Assembly: GCA_910583995.1 (NCBI GenBank)
Contig: CAJTYW010000006.1
Span: 17,989-81,988, forward strand
Reading direction: 5' to 3'
Source: an uncultured Christensenella sp.
Lineage (GTDB): Bacteria > Bacillota > Clostridia > Christensenellales > UBA3700
DNA length: 64,000 nucleotides
The notes beneath the pieces were generated by a model that was not told the DNA's origin, did no database searches, and saw only the letters and a list, made by a program, of their open reading frames with translations. Within the stretch, counting starts at the first letter, position 1. Each line of letters begins with the position of its first letter. The translations under genes and the position numbers were made by a program. Of this stretch, positions 47,767 to 58,429 are shown piece after piece.

Positions 47767-50342
47767 TTTTCTGACTTCTCCTTTTTAAAGAAAGCCTTTG
47801 CTTTTTTAAGCAATGTTGTATCAAAGTAGACTTTTCCTTTTTCGTCAAGTTTGAATTGGTCTGCAACTAAATTACATACCTTAATTGTATAAATGCTTAT
47901 TAAAAGCAATGTACCTATCATAAATATAGTTGCTGCATCTGTTATTGAAGCTAACTTGAACAAATTAAGATTACCATTCCAAAATCCGTTTGCCATTGGC
48001 ATAAATATTATGCAAAGCATTGCAAGTCCAAACATTACCCCATACAAAATTACACGCAAAGGGTTAAATGGCTTACAAACATTATAAAGAATGATTGAGA
48101 AAGTCAAATAAACACTTATTAGTACTGCAGTATTTAGCTGTTCGATTGGAATTTGTACAACACCTGTAATTTGCGACAATATCATAAGCAAGAAAACATT
48201 GACTGCCACTCCTATACCTGCCGGGATAACCCGTTTGCCGACATTGACAATAAATCGTCCTTCTATCTTGCGATTATTAGGCTCTAAGGCAAGGAAGAAT
48301 GAAGGTACGCCTATGCTGAAAAAGCTTATAAATGACAAGTGTATTGGCTCTAAAGGCATTTCAATACCCATAAATATAAGCATAATTTGGAATAGTATTG
48401 AGAATACTGTTTTTGTTAAAAACAACGCACTCGCTCTTTCTATATTATTTACTACTCGTCTGCCTTCTCCAACTACTTTTGGCATTACAGAAAAGTTACT
48501 GTCAAGCAATACGATTTGTGCGACATTTCTTGTGGCTTCTGCACCATTTGCCATTGCAATTGAGCAATTGGCTTCCTTTAATGCTAAAATATCATTGATA
48601 CCATCACCTGTCATTGCAACAGTATGATTGTTTTCTTTAAATATTTGCACCAAAAGTTTTTTCTGTGCAGGGTTAACTCTTCCAAATACGGTATAATCCA
48701 TAGCAACTTCACGTATTTCTTCGTCTGTCATATTGTGAAGATTTATATATTTATCCGCATTATTGATGCCGACTCTTCTTGCAACTTCGCTTACTGTTAC
48801 TGGGTTATCACCACTAATTACTCTTACATCTACGCCGTTTTGTTTGAAATAATCAATAATTTCAGGTGCATCTGACTTGATATTATCTTCAATAACGATT
48901 ATTGCAATTGGTGTATTTCTAGTAGGAATTTCTTCTATATCTTCCGCTGTTGCACCATTTTTACAAAGTAACAAACACCTAAATCCTAGCTTTGAATTAT
49001 CTTCAATTATTTGCTGCATATTTTTATTAAGCATATCCGTTGCATACTCAGGTGCACCAAGCACATACAACGCTTCGTCTTTAAATTTTACCGCTGTACA
49101 TTTTCTTGTAGAAGAAAAATGTATAACGCTAGACGCTTGCATATACTGCTCTTTTCCAAAATACTTAATAAGTGCATCTGCTGTTTGGTTGCTCTCGTCC
49201 AAAGCAAATTGCATACTTGAAATAATCTTTTTAATTTCGTCTTCTGGCAATTTAGCACACTCGATTTTTCTTACGCTCATTGTGCCATCTGTTATTGTAC
49301 CTGTTTTATCTAAACACAACATATCTACTCTTGCAAGTGTTTCTATTGAATAAAGCTGCTGTACAAGTGCTTTATGCTTAGCAAGTCTTACAACTCCGAC
49401 TGCAAGTGCCACAGATGTTAATAAAAACAATCCTGCAGGAATCATACCAATTATTGCAGTACTTGTTGGAGTAACTGCAAGTTTATATGCGGAATACAAC
49501 TCTCCACCGCTAAATTTTCCTAAATGACCTATTGCATAAAATAAAGTATCGTTAAATGCCAATCCTTTACTTGCTGCGATATCCATTAACGCATCATTCC
49601 AGTTAGTAAAAAATGCGCCTAAAACAATTGGGAAAATGATAATAGATATAATCTTAAAAATAAGTTTTAATGAATGTAACAATTCAGAATCGGCTTTTTT
49701 GAATTTCTTTGCATCCATTGCAAGCTTTTGAATATAGTTGTCTTCTGCTATATGATCAACTTCTGCAACACAACTACCGCTTACAATAAAACTACCAGAT
49801 AATAATGTATCGCCAGTCGCTTTTTTTATTGCTTGTGACTCCCCAGTAAGCAATGCTTCATTAACTTCAACTTCGCCTTCGCGGATTATGCTATCCGAAC
49901 AAACCTGTGCCCCTGTTTTAAGTTTAATTATATCGCCAAGCAAAATATCGTTTAGTTTAATAGATACTTCTTGCCCGTTTCTGAATGCTTTTACATCGGG
50001 AGAAAATAGCAACGATAACTTATCCATTGTTAGTTTTGCACGAATCTCTTGTGCAATACCAATGATAATATTTGCACCGATAATAAACATAAATGTCAGG
50101 TTTTTTGCACCATTAAAATCTTCAATAACTGTAATTAGCCAAATGAAAACCAAAAAACATATTAAATTGAAAAAGGTAAAAATATTGCCAACAAAAATGC
50201 TAAAATAAGACTTTGACGTACCTATTTTAACACTATTTATGTACCCCTTTTGTTTTCTTTCGGCTATTTGTTCATCAGTAAGCCCTGTAGTAATATCTAC
50301 TATTTCCGATGTTAAAGGTTGTCTTTCTTTTTGCTTTTTCAT
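47763..50342 (-). CDS. cation-transporting P-type ATPase
   Basis: 859 aa with the phosphorylation motif CLDKTGTITDG and hinge motif MTGDGINDILALKEAN, plus multiple TM segments. Confidence 0.9.
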   Translation of the reverse strand: MKKQKERQPLTSEIVDITTGLTDEQIAERKQKGYINSVKIGTSKSYFSIFVGNIFTFFNLICFLVFIWLITVIEDFNGAKNLTFMFIIGANIIIGIAQEIRAKLTMDKLSLLFSPDVKAFRNGQEVSIKLNDILLGDIIKLKTGAQVCSDSIIREGEVEVNEALLTGESQAIKKATGDTLLSGSFIVSGSCVAEVDHIAEDNYIQKLAMDAKKFKKADSELLHSLKLIFKIISIIIFPIVLGAFFTNWNDALMDIAASKGLAFNDTLFYAIGHLGKFSGGELYSAYKLAVTPTSTAIIGMIPAGLFLLTSVALAVGVVRLAKHKALVQQLYSIETLARVDMLCLDKTGTITDGTMSVRKIECAKLPEDEIKKIISSMQFALDESNQTADALIKYFGKEQYMQASSVIHFSSTRKCTAVKFKDEALYVLGAPEYATDMLNKNMQQIIEDNSKLGFRCLLLCKNGATAEDIEEIPTRNTPIAIIVIEDNIKSDAPEIIDYFKQNGVDVRVISGDNPVTVSEVARRVGINNADKYINLHNMTDEEIREVAMDYTVFGRVNPAQKKLLVQIFKENNHTVAMTGDGINDILALKEANCSIAMANGAEATRNVAQIVLLDSNFSVMPKVVGEGRRVVNNIERASALFLTKTVFSILFQIMLIFMGIEMPLEPIHLSFISFFSIGVPSFFLALEPNNRKIEGRFIVNVGKRVIPAGIGVAVNVFLLMILSQITGVVQIPIEQLNTAVLISVYLTFSIILYNVCKPFNPLRVILYGVMFGLAMLCIIFMPMANGFWNGNLNLFKLASITDAATIFMIGTLLLISIYTIKVCNLVADQFKLDEKGKVYFDTTLLKKAKAFFKKEKSEK

Positions 50343-50526
50343 AATCCACCATTTAATTATTTAATAAAAAAATCAATTAATAAAAGCTATAAAAATTTAT
50401 CAGGCTATCAATAAATAATTATAGCATTTATCAGCTTATCGTTTGTTTTATACAAATGTTGTAACAATAAATTTTTAATTATAAAAAAATCCGCCGTGAC
50501 AAAACATAGTTGCCCGGCTAAGATTT

Positions 50527-51351
50527 TTATTTTAATATATCAATAATCATATCTGCCGCATTATCATAAGCTTGCAAGCTAATATCTTCAATATTGCCGT
50601 CATCACAAGCTTTTGCAATAGTTGGTTTGATTGGATTTTTTGCAAGCAGTTTTACCCCTAATTCTTTAGCTACTAAATCTGCTTTGCCTTCCCCAAATGG
50701 ATAAATTCTTTTTCCGCAATCGCTACACTCAATATAGCTCATATTTTCAATAATACCAATGATAGGAATATTCATAATCTTTGCCATATTGTACGCTTTT
50801 TTAACTATCATTGAAACTAAATCTTGCGGTGAAGTAACAATTACAATGCCGTCAATAGGCAAAGATTGAAAAGCTGTTAACGGAATATCACCTGTTCCTG
50901 GTGGCATATCGATAAACATATAGTCAATATCCCCCCATTTAACATCTGTCCAAAACTGCTTTAATACATTTGAAAGCATTGACCCACGCCAAACCACTGG
51001 ACTATCGGGAGTTTCAAGCAATAGGTTTATACTTATTGCTTTAATACCTGTTTTTGTGATAGCAGGAATCATATATTCGCCGTCACTCGCAATACCATTT
51101 TCCAACCCAAACATATTAGGAATAGAAGCACCTGTTATATCGCCATCGATAATAGCAGTCTTATAACCTTTTGATTGAAAAACACTTGCTAAACTTGCAG
51201 TAGTTAAAGATTTACCTACGCCACCTTTACCACTAACAATCCCTATAACTTTTTTAATTTTGCTGTCTTTATTTTGCTCAAGTTTCTTTAGTGGACTATC
51301 ACAGCCACCTTTTTGACCACAACTTGAACAATTACCATTGCATTCGCTCAT
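50527..51351 (-). CDS. Mrp/ApbC/NBP35-family Fe-S cluster carrier ATPase
   Basis: 274 aa with P-loop SGKGGVGKS, the Cys pair ECSDCGK and a Cys-rich N-terminus. Confidence 0.85.
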   Translation of the reverse strand: MSECNGNCSSCGQKGGCDSPLKKLEQNKDSKIKKVIGIVSGKGGVGKSLTTASLASVFQSKGYKTAIIDGDITGASIPNMFGLENGIASDGEYMIPAITKTGIKAISINLLLETPDSPVVWRGSMLSNVLKQFWTDVKWGDIDYMFIDMPPGTGDIPLTAFQSLPIDGIVIVTSPQDLVSMIVKKAYNMAKIMNIPIIGIIENMSYIECSDCGKRIYPFGEGKADLVAKELGVKLLAKNPIKPTIAKACDDGNIEDISLQAYDNAADMIIDILK

Positions 51352-51364
51352 TTGAACTCCTTTA

Positions 51365-54283
51365 TTATTTTACAGTTACATATATAGGCAATACAAGTTG
51401 CATATTACTTCCGTCTGTAGTTACAGTAGTGTAATACAAATCAACTTTTTTACCTGATTCACTCAAACTTGCTGCATAAATTTCTTTATCATTACAATTT
51501 GTTTTTCCAAAATCGTGAACATAATATACAGATAACTCTCTATTTGCGTTTTTAGAATATTCTACTTGATATTTATCTTTATTAGTATAAAGCATATTTT
51601 TAATCAATAATTGCTCTGAATAATCTGTTTTATAAACAGCAAATCCATCAATTTTTATTGTATCTAACTTAGAAATATCGGTTATTCTATTTGCTTCAAT
51701 TACATTGTTTTCATTTGCGTTTATACCACGTTTTACAGTATAAATGTTATTTACAGTTACACCTTCTGTTTCTGTCAATACCATTGCTCTGTCTTTTGCA
51801 TTCAATTGAATTTTACTTACATAACCATTTTCAATTGTGATAGCCGCATTTCCTTTTATACCAACCATACCGCTAGCATTTGTATTTGCAGTAACAGATA
51901 GTGAGTTTACATAACAACGCTTAATGCTACCGCCTGTCATTTCACCAACCAAACCACCTGCAATACTTAGTATCTCAAGTGAAGATGTTGAAGTGTTTAA
52001 CTTACCGCTGTTGGCTTGTACTGCTATAGCTGTACTAGCTCTGTGGTCAACATAACACTCGTAAATATCACCACTGCTTAGTGCAGTTATACCACCTGCT
52101 ATTGCAGATACTCTTGTATTGTCCAAAAGTGTTTTTGCGTTTACCAAAGTATTTTTAACAAAGCTGTTTTTGATAATTTGGTTGTTAACTGCAGCTATAC
52201 CGCCCGCTTTTACATTTACTAGTCTTGAAATAGCGTTTATTGTTGAGCCGTAAATACTTGCATTGAAGATTGTGTCATTATTATTTACTGCAATTGCTGC
52301 CGCATAAACTTGTTTACCTGCTGTAATTACAGGTTGTAATTTTTCTTCACTTTCATCTTCTTCAATATAACCTTTAGCTGTAATAGTAGTACCCAAAACG
52401 CCACAACCATTAATCTGACCATTGTTTGTAATAACAAGACCTGCGGTATTTGCAAGAGTTTCAAATTTGCTTGCAACCAAATTTACATTTTGGATTATAC
52501 CATTGTTAACACCTGCAATTAAAGCCACATTATTAACATCTCCGCTTTCGGTTGTGATAGTTATATTACTGAATGTGACATTTTTGAATATAGCACCACT
52601 TGTTATTTCATTAAACAAATTGATTGCTTGCTTGTTATCTTTAACTATAAGGTTGACATTTGAAATTACTTTATAACTGCCATCAAACAAACCTTCAAAA
52701 TTCATATTTCCTGCATAGAAATTACAATTTACTCCTGACATACCACCATCAATATCAGCTGAAAGATAGTATTTATTTCCTGCAGTAGAATTTGTCATCA
52801 TATAATACAAGTCACCAAGATTGCTTATCTCATAGTAACCATTATATTCGCTTTTTTCGTCTTCGATTTTTTTCAATTCTTTTGGAAGGTCACAATATAT
52901 TGCGTGTGAGCCATCTGTATTAGTAAAGTAAGTTTCTTCACCGGATAAAATTCCTTCAGAAAATTCTGCTCTTGCTGTGATAGAAATTTCCAAAACCTTA
53001 CCCCTGTGTTTTAGCGCTGCACTTTCAAATCTCTTTGTTAGATTATCTGAATTTTCGCTTACATTTGTATTTATTACTGATGTGTCACTACTATTACTAT
53101 AAAATTTAATTACATAGTTTTTGCGGTCACTAACACTATCCCAATGTAATACATTTGCTTTTACTTCAGGCTTACCGTCTTCGGCAGCTTCAACAACTTC
53201 GTCATAATTTATTTTAATGTCAGTAGGTTTCCCTAGTTTTGTAAATTGTACGATTTGAGTTTCGCTATTTTCACCTTCACCATTTGTTTTTGTTACAACA
53301 ATTTTGTCTGAATCCAAAAATACATCACTATGCTCGTGAATCGCTTGAATGTAAATAAAATATTTACCTGCGACATCAAATTTTTGTCCTTTATTTGCAT
53401 CTTCCCATTTTGTCTTATACACTTCTAAAGCACTGTTTACATTTGTTTCTGAATAAGAAGATGTGCTTTTTGCAACCGTATCAACTGCAATAGCTTGGTC
53501 CTTAAATGTTTCTGCAGGATTTTCTTGTGTCCAACTTGGGTCAATTTTCAACATATAAATTCTGTAATTTGTTGCGTCATCTACATTTCCAAAAGATATA
53601 TTATATCCTGATAATTCAGCTTTAGGATTAGCTAACTTTTCAGACTTAATATAAGTCGCTTTTGATATAGATAAGCCTGAATCACTAAATTCTCTGCTGT
53701 CACTTTTTGCAATAACTTTGTATGAATACTTACCAGATGTAGACACATTGCTTTTTGGAATTGAATAAGATGTTGTATTTATCTTTCTATACCAATGTAC
53801 TATACCACTTATTTCTTCTGTTTGTTGTATATCATAAGCTGTAGCGTTATCAACACCCAACCAGCCTAAAACTATTGCATTATCGTTTTCTTCTAGTATT
53901 TTAACATCTGTAGGAGCAGCAAGTCTCATAGGTGCTTTATAAGATAAAGCTTCACTGTACGGACTGCTTACTGTTTTTTCTCCATCTCCACGAGCACGAA
54001 CTTGTACGCTTACAGTTGCACCCGGCTCAACTTCAGCCAAACTATAGTGAGTGTCTGTGATATTTTCAACAACTTTTTCACCAATTTTTATATCAAATGC
54101 TTTATAATATTTTTTTCCGTTACCTACAACTTCCCAAGTTACTAAATCGTTTTCAATAGCAACTTTAGGTGCAACAAGCATATATCTGCCTTCAGCATCT
54201 TTTTGCAACGAGCAAGCTGTTGCACATAACACTAAAACCAGTACTAAACAAGCAATAACAAAAACTTTTGTAAATTTTTTCAT
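51365..54283 (-). CDS. large surface (lipo)protein with Fn3-like repeats and GLUG-like repeats
   Basis: 972 aa with a signal peptide ending LCATAC. The N-terminal half contains repeated ~90-aa beta-rich modules. The C-terminal half contains AGG(I/L)xG-type repeats (IAGGLVGEMTGG, KAGGIAAVNN, IAGGITALSSG). Confidence 0.7.
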   Translation of the reverse strand: MKKFTKVFVIACLVLVLVLCATACSLQKDAEGRYMLVAPKVAIENDLVTWEVVGNGKKYYKAFDIKIGEKVVENITDTHYSLAEVEPGATVSVQVRARGDGEKTVSSPYSEALSYKAPMRLAAPTDVKILEENDNAIVLGWLGVDNATAYDIQQTEEISGIVHWYRKINTTSYSIPKSNVSTSGKYSYKVIAKSDSREFSDSGLSISKATYIKSEKLANPKAELSGYNISFGNVDDATNYRIYMLKIDPSWTQENPAETFKDQAIAVDTVAKSTSSYSETNVNSALEVYKTKWEDANKGQKFDVAGKYFIYIQAIHEHSDVFLDSDKIVVTKTNGEGENSETQIVQFTKLGKPTDIKINYDEVVEAAEDGKPEVKANVLHWDSVSDRKNYVIKFYSNSSDTSVINTNVSENSDNLTKRFESAALKHRGKVLEISITARAEFSEGILSGEETYFTNTDGSHAIYCDLPKELKKIEDEKSEYNGYYEISNLGDLYYMMTNSTAGNKYYLSADIDGGMSGVNCNFYAGNMNFEGLFDGSYKVISNVNLIVKDNKQAINLFNEITSGAIFKNVTFSNITITTESGDVNNVALIAGVNNGIIQNVNLVASKFETLANTAGLVITNNGQINGCGVLGTTITAKGYIEEDESEEKLQPVITAGKQVYAAAIAVNNNDTIFNASIYGSTINAISRLVNVKAGGIAAVNNQIIKNSFVKNTLVNAKTLLDNTRVSAIAGGITALSSGDIYECYVDHRASTAIAVQANSGKLNTSTSSLEILSIAGGLVGEMTGGSIKRCYVNSLSVTANTNASGMVGIKGNAAITIENGYVSKIQLNAKDRAMVLTETEGVTVNNIYTVKRGINANENNVIEANRITDISKLDTIKIDGFAVYKTDYSEQLLIKNMLYTNKDKYQVEYSKNANRELSVYYVHDFGKTNCNDKEIYAASLSESGKKVDLYYTTVTTDGSNMQLVLPIYVTVK

Positions 54284-54381
54284 ATTTTCTCCTATTCTAC
54301 AACTAACGCCTATTACGTAATTAAATCTAATTAATACACTTTAATCAAACAAAGTGTATTTATAATTAATCGCAACTTTCT

Positions 54382-54852
54382 TTAAATACAATTTGCAAAT
54401 ATTTTATTTAATAAAGCATTGGTATCCGTAATGCTATTCATGGTATAAATACCTTTTTTAAGGTTTTTAACTTTTAAACCATCTGTGGTATCACACTTTA
54501 CCAAACTAGTTCTTTCTCCATTAACAGTAGTTTCAACAAATATCATTGTAAAACTACCTTTTGTGTCTTTCATTTGCATAGTAATACTGCCTACTACACT
54601 ATCGTTAAATACATTATCTGCAATTTTCTCATCACATTTTTCAATATCCAAAGAATTAAGTTCTGCAATCACCTTTTCAATTTTGCTAGAATTTGATACT
54701 TCTTTTTTGCCATTTGCATAAAATACCGTAACTTGAGAAACATTATCTTTTGACAAAGCTAAATCTTCAAATTTAAAATTTGTATTGCAGCCTGTAAGGC
54801 ATAATAACAACATTACCATTAAAGCAACAACAGGAATTATAATTTTTTTCAT
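54382..54852 (-). CDS. small lipoprotein
   Basis: The start is placed at ATG 54852 (AGGAGG SD). The signal peptide carries the lipobox LTGC. Confidence 0.7.
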   Translation of the reverse strand: MKKIIIPVVALMVMLLLCLTGCNTNFKFEDLALSKDNVSQVTVFYANGKKEVSNSSKIEKVIAELNSLDIEKCDEKIADNVFNDSVVGSITMQMKDTKGSFTMIFVETTVNGERTSLVKCDTTDGLKVKNLKKGIYTMNSITDTNALLNKIFANCI

Positions 54853-55152
54853 TATAGCAAACCTCCTATGCAAAATAAATAAAAACACTTTTCAAATCAA
54901 TTTTTTTATGTTACAATATATTAAATTATCAATATGAGTGTTTTATAATCACCTTATTAATACTTTTTGTAATTTTTCGCAATTTAAACATTGCTATATA
55001 AAATAAATATTTAAACAAAAATATTATACAACATAAAAAATTAGTTGTCAAGAATTAAATTTGTATAATAGCCTGTTTTTTACTATAACTAATTTAATTA
55101 CAAGCTCATTTTAGCGAATAATTCAAACATTTAAAAATTATTGAGAGGTAAT

Positions 55153-56610
55153 ATGCCATTTTCTTCCTTGAGCAGAGATGCTCTTAACAACAGTAGCACA
55201 GTTATTGACAATATGTTTATAACCGATTTGATGCCAAATGCAGATGAAACAGCCATAAAAGTATACTTATATGGTTTAGTTCAATGTGCAGATAAAGTGA
55301 CAAGCAACAATACACTAGATGCAGCTTGTCTTGTGCTTGGTTTAGAAAGAAAGCAAGTTATAAACAGCTTAAAATATTGGGAAGAAGTTGGTGCAATACG
55401 AATTATTAAAGAAAATCCTTTGGAATTTGAGTATATTCCAATTAAATCTATTGCTTTGAAACCAAAAAAATACAATACAGACAAATACTCTGATTTTGTA
55501 TCTCAAATTGAAAATATGATTTTGGATAGAGCTCTTACACCAAACGAATTACTTAAGTATATCGAAGTAGTGGAAGAATATAAAATTTCAACAGATGCAC
55601 TAATTTTAATCACAAAATATTGTGTAGAAACCAAAAACAGACACATTAATTCCAATTACATTTTAACCGTTGCACGCGCTTGGGCAAATGAAGGAATAAA
55701 AACTTTGGAACAAGTGGAAGAAAAACTAAAAGAAATGGAATCACAAACAGATAGTATGCGACAAGTTTTTCTTGCATTGGGGCTTAAATCTACTCCCGAC
55801 TTTGATGACAAGCAATATTTTATCAAGTGGACAACTTCTTGGGGATATGATTTGGAGAGTATTCTTTATACTGCCAAACTTTGCAAAAAACGTGGTGGGG
55901 TAAAAAAACTTGACCGCTTACTAGACAATTTTTACAAGCTTGGATTATTTACTTTGGCAGATATTCAAAAACAAAGCGAATATATCGAATATACACGCAA
56001 TTTAGCATTTAATATTACCAAAACATTAAGCATCTTTTACGAAAACATTGATACCATTGTTGAACTTTATATTACTGAATGGCTAAACAAAGGCTATGAA
56101 GCAATAGGACTTAAAATAATTGCAACTTATTGCTTTAAGCGTAATTTAAGAAATTTGGAAATTATGAACGATATTATTTCTGACTTATATTCTAAAGGCA
56201 TTATTTCTTCAAATAGCGTGCAAGCTTATTTTGAAGAACAAGCATTAATTGATAGTAAAATCAAAAATTTACTAAACACCTTAGGCACATCAAGATATGT
56301 TAATAATACAGACAGAGACTATTATAATACTTGGACTAATGTTTGGGGTATGAGCGAAGAAATAATTAATTACGCAGCTAAACAATCTGTAGGTAAATCT
56401 TTCAGTTTTGCATATATGAATAGCGTACTTGCTGGATACAAAGAAAACAATGTTAAGACAATTGAAGATTGTGAAAAAATTGCAATTAATCCTTCAAAAA
56501 TCGATATTAATAACACAAATACTCAAATTATAAGTGACAAACATATATACTCTAAAGAAGAACTTGACAATCTTTTTAATGAAGAGAATAAGGGGGCACT
56601 TGACTTTTAA
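55153..56610 (+). CDS. DnaD-domain replication initiation/helicase-loading protein (Bacillus DnaB-type)
   Basis: The start is placed at ATG 55153 (GAGAGG SD). About 485 aa with two DnaD-like repeats, immediately upstream of dnaI as in Bacillota. Confidence 0.7.
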   Translation: MPFSSLSRDALNNSSTVIDNMFITDLMPNADETAIKVYLYGLVQCADKVTSNNTLDAACLVLGLERKQVINSLKYWEEVGAIRIIKENPLEFEYIPIKSIALKPKKYNTDKYSDFVSQIENMILDRALTPNELLKYIEVVEEYKISTDALILITKYCVETKNRHINSNYILTVARAWANEGIKTLEQVEEKLKEMESQTDSMRQVFLALGLKSTPDFDDKQYFIKWTTSWGYDLESILYTAKLCKKRGGVKKLDRLLDNFYKLGLFTLADIQKQSEYIEYTRNLAFNITKTLSIFYENIDTIVELYITEWLNKGYEAIGLKIIATYCFKRNLRNLEIMNDIISDLYSKGIISSNSVQAYFEEQALIDSKIKNLLNTLGTSRYVNNTDRDYYNTWTNVWGMSEEIINYAAKQSVGKSFSFAYMNSVLAGYKENNVKTIEDCEKIAINPSKIDINNTNTQIISDKHIYSKEELDNLFNEENKGALDF

Positions 56611-56612
56611 TT

Positions 56613-57539
56613 ATGGATATTAAATCATTAAATGAAACAAAAAAAATATTTACAGAAAGGCGTGCAACAGCATTAGAGAAATGCGAAAAACAAAAGCAAA
56701 TTTTAATGCAAAACGAAGAATATGCAAGCCTAGTAAAGCAAATTAGATTAAACACATTATCATTAAGCAGAGCTTTGGCGAATGGTGATGATTGCTCGGA
56801 ATTCGAAAAGTTAGATAAACAATTAAACAAAAAATTGCAAGACTATGAGAGCAAAATTCTTAACAATGCAAACATATATCACTGCCCTACCTGTAAAGAT
56901 ACAGGTATAGTAAATGGGAAATATTGTGATTGCTTTATAAAAACATATAAACAAGTTCTTAGGAATAAATCTGGTATAAACGCACTCCCCGTATTTACAT
57001 TTAAAGATAACAAGATTTCAACAATAGATTGCAAACAATCTAAAAATTTATCGACACTTTATAATTCAATGTATAAATATTGCAATGAATTTCCGAATAA
57101 CAAATATAAAAATATAATTCTTTGTGGTAAAGCTGGTGTCGGTAAAAGCTGTCTTTTAAGTAGCACACTTAATGAACTTTTGGATAAAGGTATAAATGCA
57201 CAATATTTTACTGCATTCCATTTAAACTCGCTTTTTTTGAAATATCATACTACAAATTTTAATGAAAGAGACTACATATTTGAAAACTTACTTGAAACAG
57301 AAGTTTTAATAATCGACGATTTGGGTATTGAACCAACTATTAAAAATGTTACAATTGAATATCTAACTGTGCTATTATCCGAAAGAGCAGGCAAACATAC
57401 AATAATAGCAACAAATTTATCACCATTGGAACTACAAAACAAGTATGGCGATAGAGTGTTCTCAAGATTAACAAATAAAGAAACCAACAAACTTTTGTAT
57501 CTTGAAGGCGATGACTTAAGACATATTGAGAACAAATAA
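56613..57539 (+). CDS. dnaI: primosomal helicase loader DnaI
   Basis: 308 aa with an N-terminal zinc module CPTCKDTGIVNGKYCDC, Walker A CGKAGVGKSCL and Walker B VLIIDDLG. Confidence 0.8.
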   Translation: MDIKSLNETKKIFTERRATALEKCEKQKQILMQNEEYASLVKQIRLNTLSLSRALANGDDCSEFEKLDKQLNKKLQDYESKILNNANIYHCPTCKDTGIVNGKYCDCFIKTYKQVLRNKSGINALPVFTFKDNKISTIDCKQSKNLSTLYNSMYKYCNEFPNNKYKNIILCGKAGVGKSCLLSSTLNELLDKGINAQYFTAFHLNSLFLKYHTTNFNERDYIFENLLETEVLIIDDLGIEPTIKNVTIEYLTVLLSERAGKHTIIATNLSPLELQNKYGDRVFSRLTNKETNKLLYLEGDDLRHIENK

Positions 57540-57620
57540 AAGTAACACTTCATATTTTATTTAAAATATTGTACTAAATTAATTATAAAAATCTTTATAA
57601 CGATTAAAATAGAGGAATAT

Positions 57621-58127
57621 ATGAACAAATTACATTACATTTCAATGTTAGTATCAAACAATGCAGGTGTTTTAACACGCATATCAGGTTTAATATCTCG
57701 CCGTGGTTATAATATTGAAAGTTTATCAGTTTGTAAAACAGAAGACGAAAACTTGTCAAGAATGACAATTTCATTGTACGGCGACGAAAAACAGATAACT
57801 GCCCTAAAACATCAATTGCTAAAGCAAATTGAAGTTAACGGAGTTACAGAACTTGCGGAAGATGATTCCATTTTAAGAGAACTACTTTTAATTAAACTGG
57901 AAGTTACAGCAGAAAAACGCTCAGAAATTATAGAAATTTGTTCCATATTCAAAGCAAAAACAATTGACCTTAGTCAAAATGCAATGGTATTGGAACTTAC
58001 AGGCAATCCAAGAAAAATAGATGCTTTTATTGAAGTATTACGCCCTTATGAAATTATTGAGCTTGCAAGGTCAGGAACAAGTGCTTTGCACAGGGGACAA
58101 ACTATAATAAAAGATTTCTGCCTATAA
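57621..58127 (+). CDS. ilvN: acetolactate synthase small (regulatory, ACT-domain) subunit
   Basis: 168 aa. ISMLVSNNAGVLTRISGLISRRGYNIESLSV is the typical IlvN/IlvH ACT start. No large-subunit gene is adjacent. Confidence 0.8.
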   Translation: MNKLHYISMLVSNNAGVLTRISGLISRRGYNIESLSVCKTEDENLSRMTISLYGDEKQITALKHQLLKQIEVNGVTELAEDDSILRELLLIKLEVTAEKRSEIIEICSIFKAKTIDLSQNAMVLELTGNPRKIDAFIEVLRPYEIIELARSGTSALHRGQTIIKDFCL

Positions 58128-58251
58128 AAATATTAAATTAAACACAATCCAAAATATAAATATTTTTATAATTCAAAGCAAAAATTTGTTACAAACAGAT
58201 ATAAAAAACTAAATTTTACTACACTTTTTAAAAAAAATTGCATAAAATATA

Positions 58252-58280
58252 TTGACTTAATTGCATTTAGAAGTTATAAT
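58252..58280 (+). promoter_or_regulatory. strong sigma-A promoter of the trpB leader
   Basis: TTGACT (58252-58257), a 17-nt spacer, then TATAAT (58275-58280). Confidence 0.65.
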
Positions 58281-58318
58281 ATAACAAATAAATCGCATAA
58301 TGCAAGGGACATTATGGA

Positions 58319-58343
58319 TAGATTAGTATTAGACTTAGAGGAG
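58319..58343 (+). promoter_or_regulatory. array of five (U/G)AG triplets with 2-3-nt spacers (TRAP-like binding pattern)
   Basis: UAG at 58319, 58324, 58330 and 58336, and GAG at 58341. The spacers are 2, 3, 3 and 2 nt. The last triplets overlap the GAGGAG SD of the mini-ORF. Confidence 0.4.
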
Positions 58344-58351
58344 ATTTTATT

Positions 58352-58393
58352 ATGAATATTTTATCTAAACGATGGCGTTGCCATTTGATATGA
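58352..58393 (+). CDS. candidate 13-codon leader peptide containing a Trp codon
   Basis: GAGGAG SD 8 nt upstream. The ORF is atg aat att tta tct aaa cga tgg cgt tgc cat ttg ata tga = MNILSKRWRCHLI*. The stop abuts the terminator stem. Confidence 0.35.
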   Translation: MNILSKRWRCHLI

Positions 58394-58429
58394 CGCATAT
58401 ATTAGCAAAACAATATTATGCGTTTTTTT
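58394..58429 (+). terminator. intrinsic terminator inside the trpB leader (attenuator candidate)
   Basis: CGCATATATT (58394-58403) pairs with AATATTATGCG (58412-58422) with one bulge, followed by T7 (58423-58429). It lies 150 nt upstream of trpB. Confidence 0.6.

Noticed and set aside
50480-50526. Terminator downstream of the Mrp/ApbC gene.
   Set aside because: A T7 run is present on the minus strand, but the preceding stem is only about 4 bp (GCCG/CGGC) with a ~20-nt loop. That is too weak to call.
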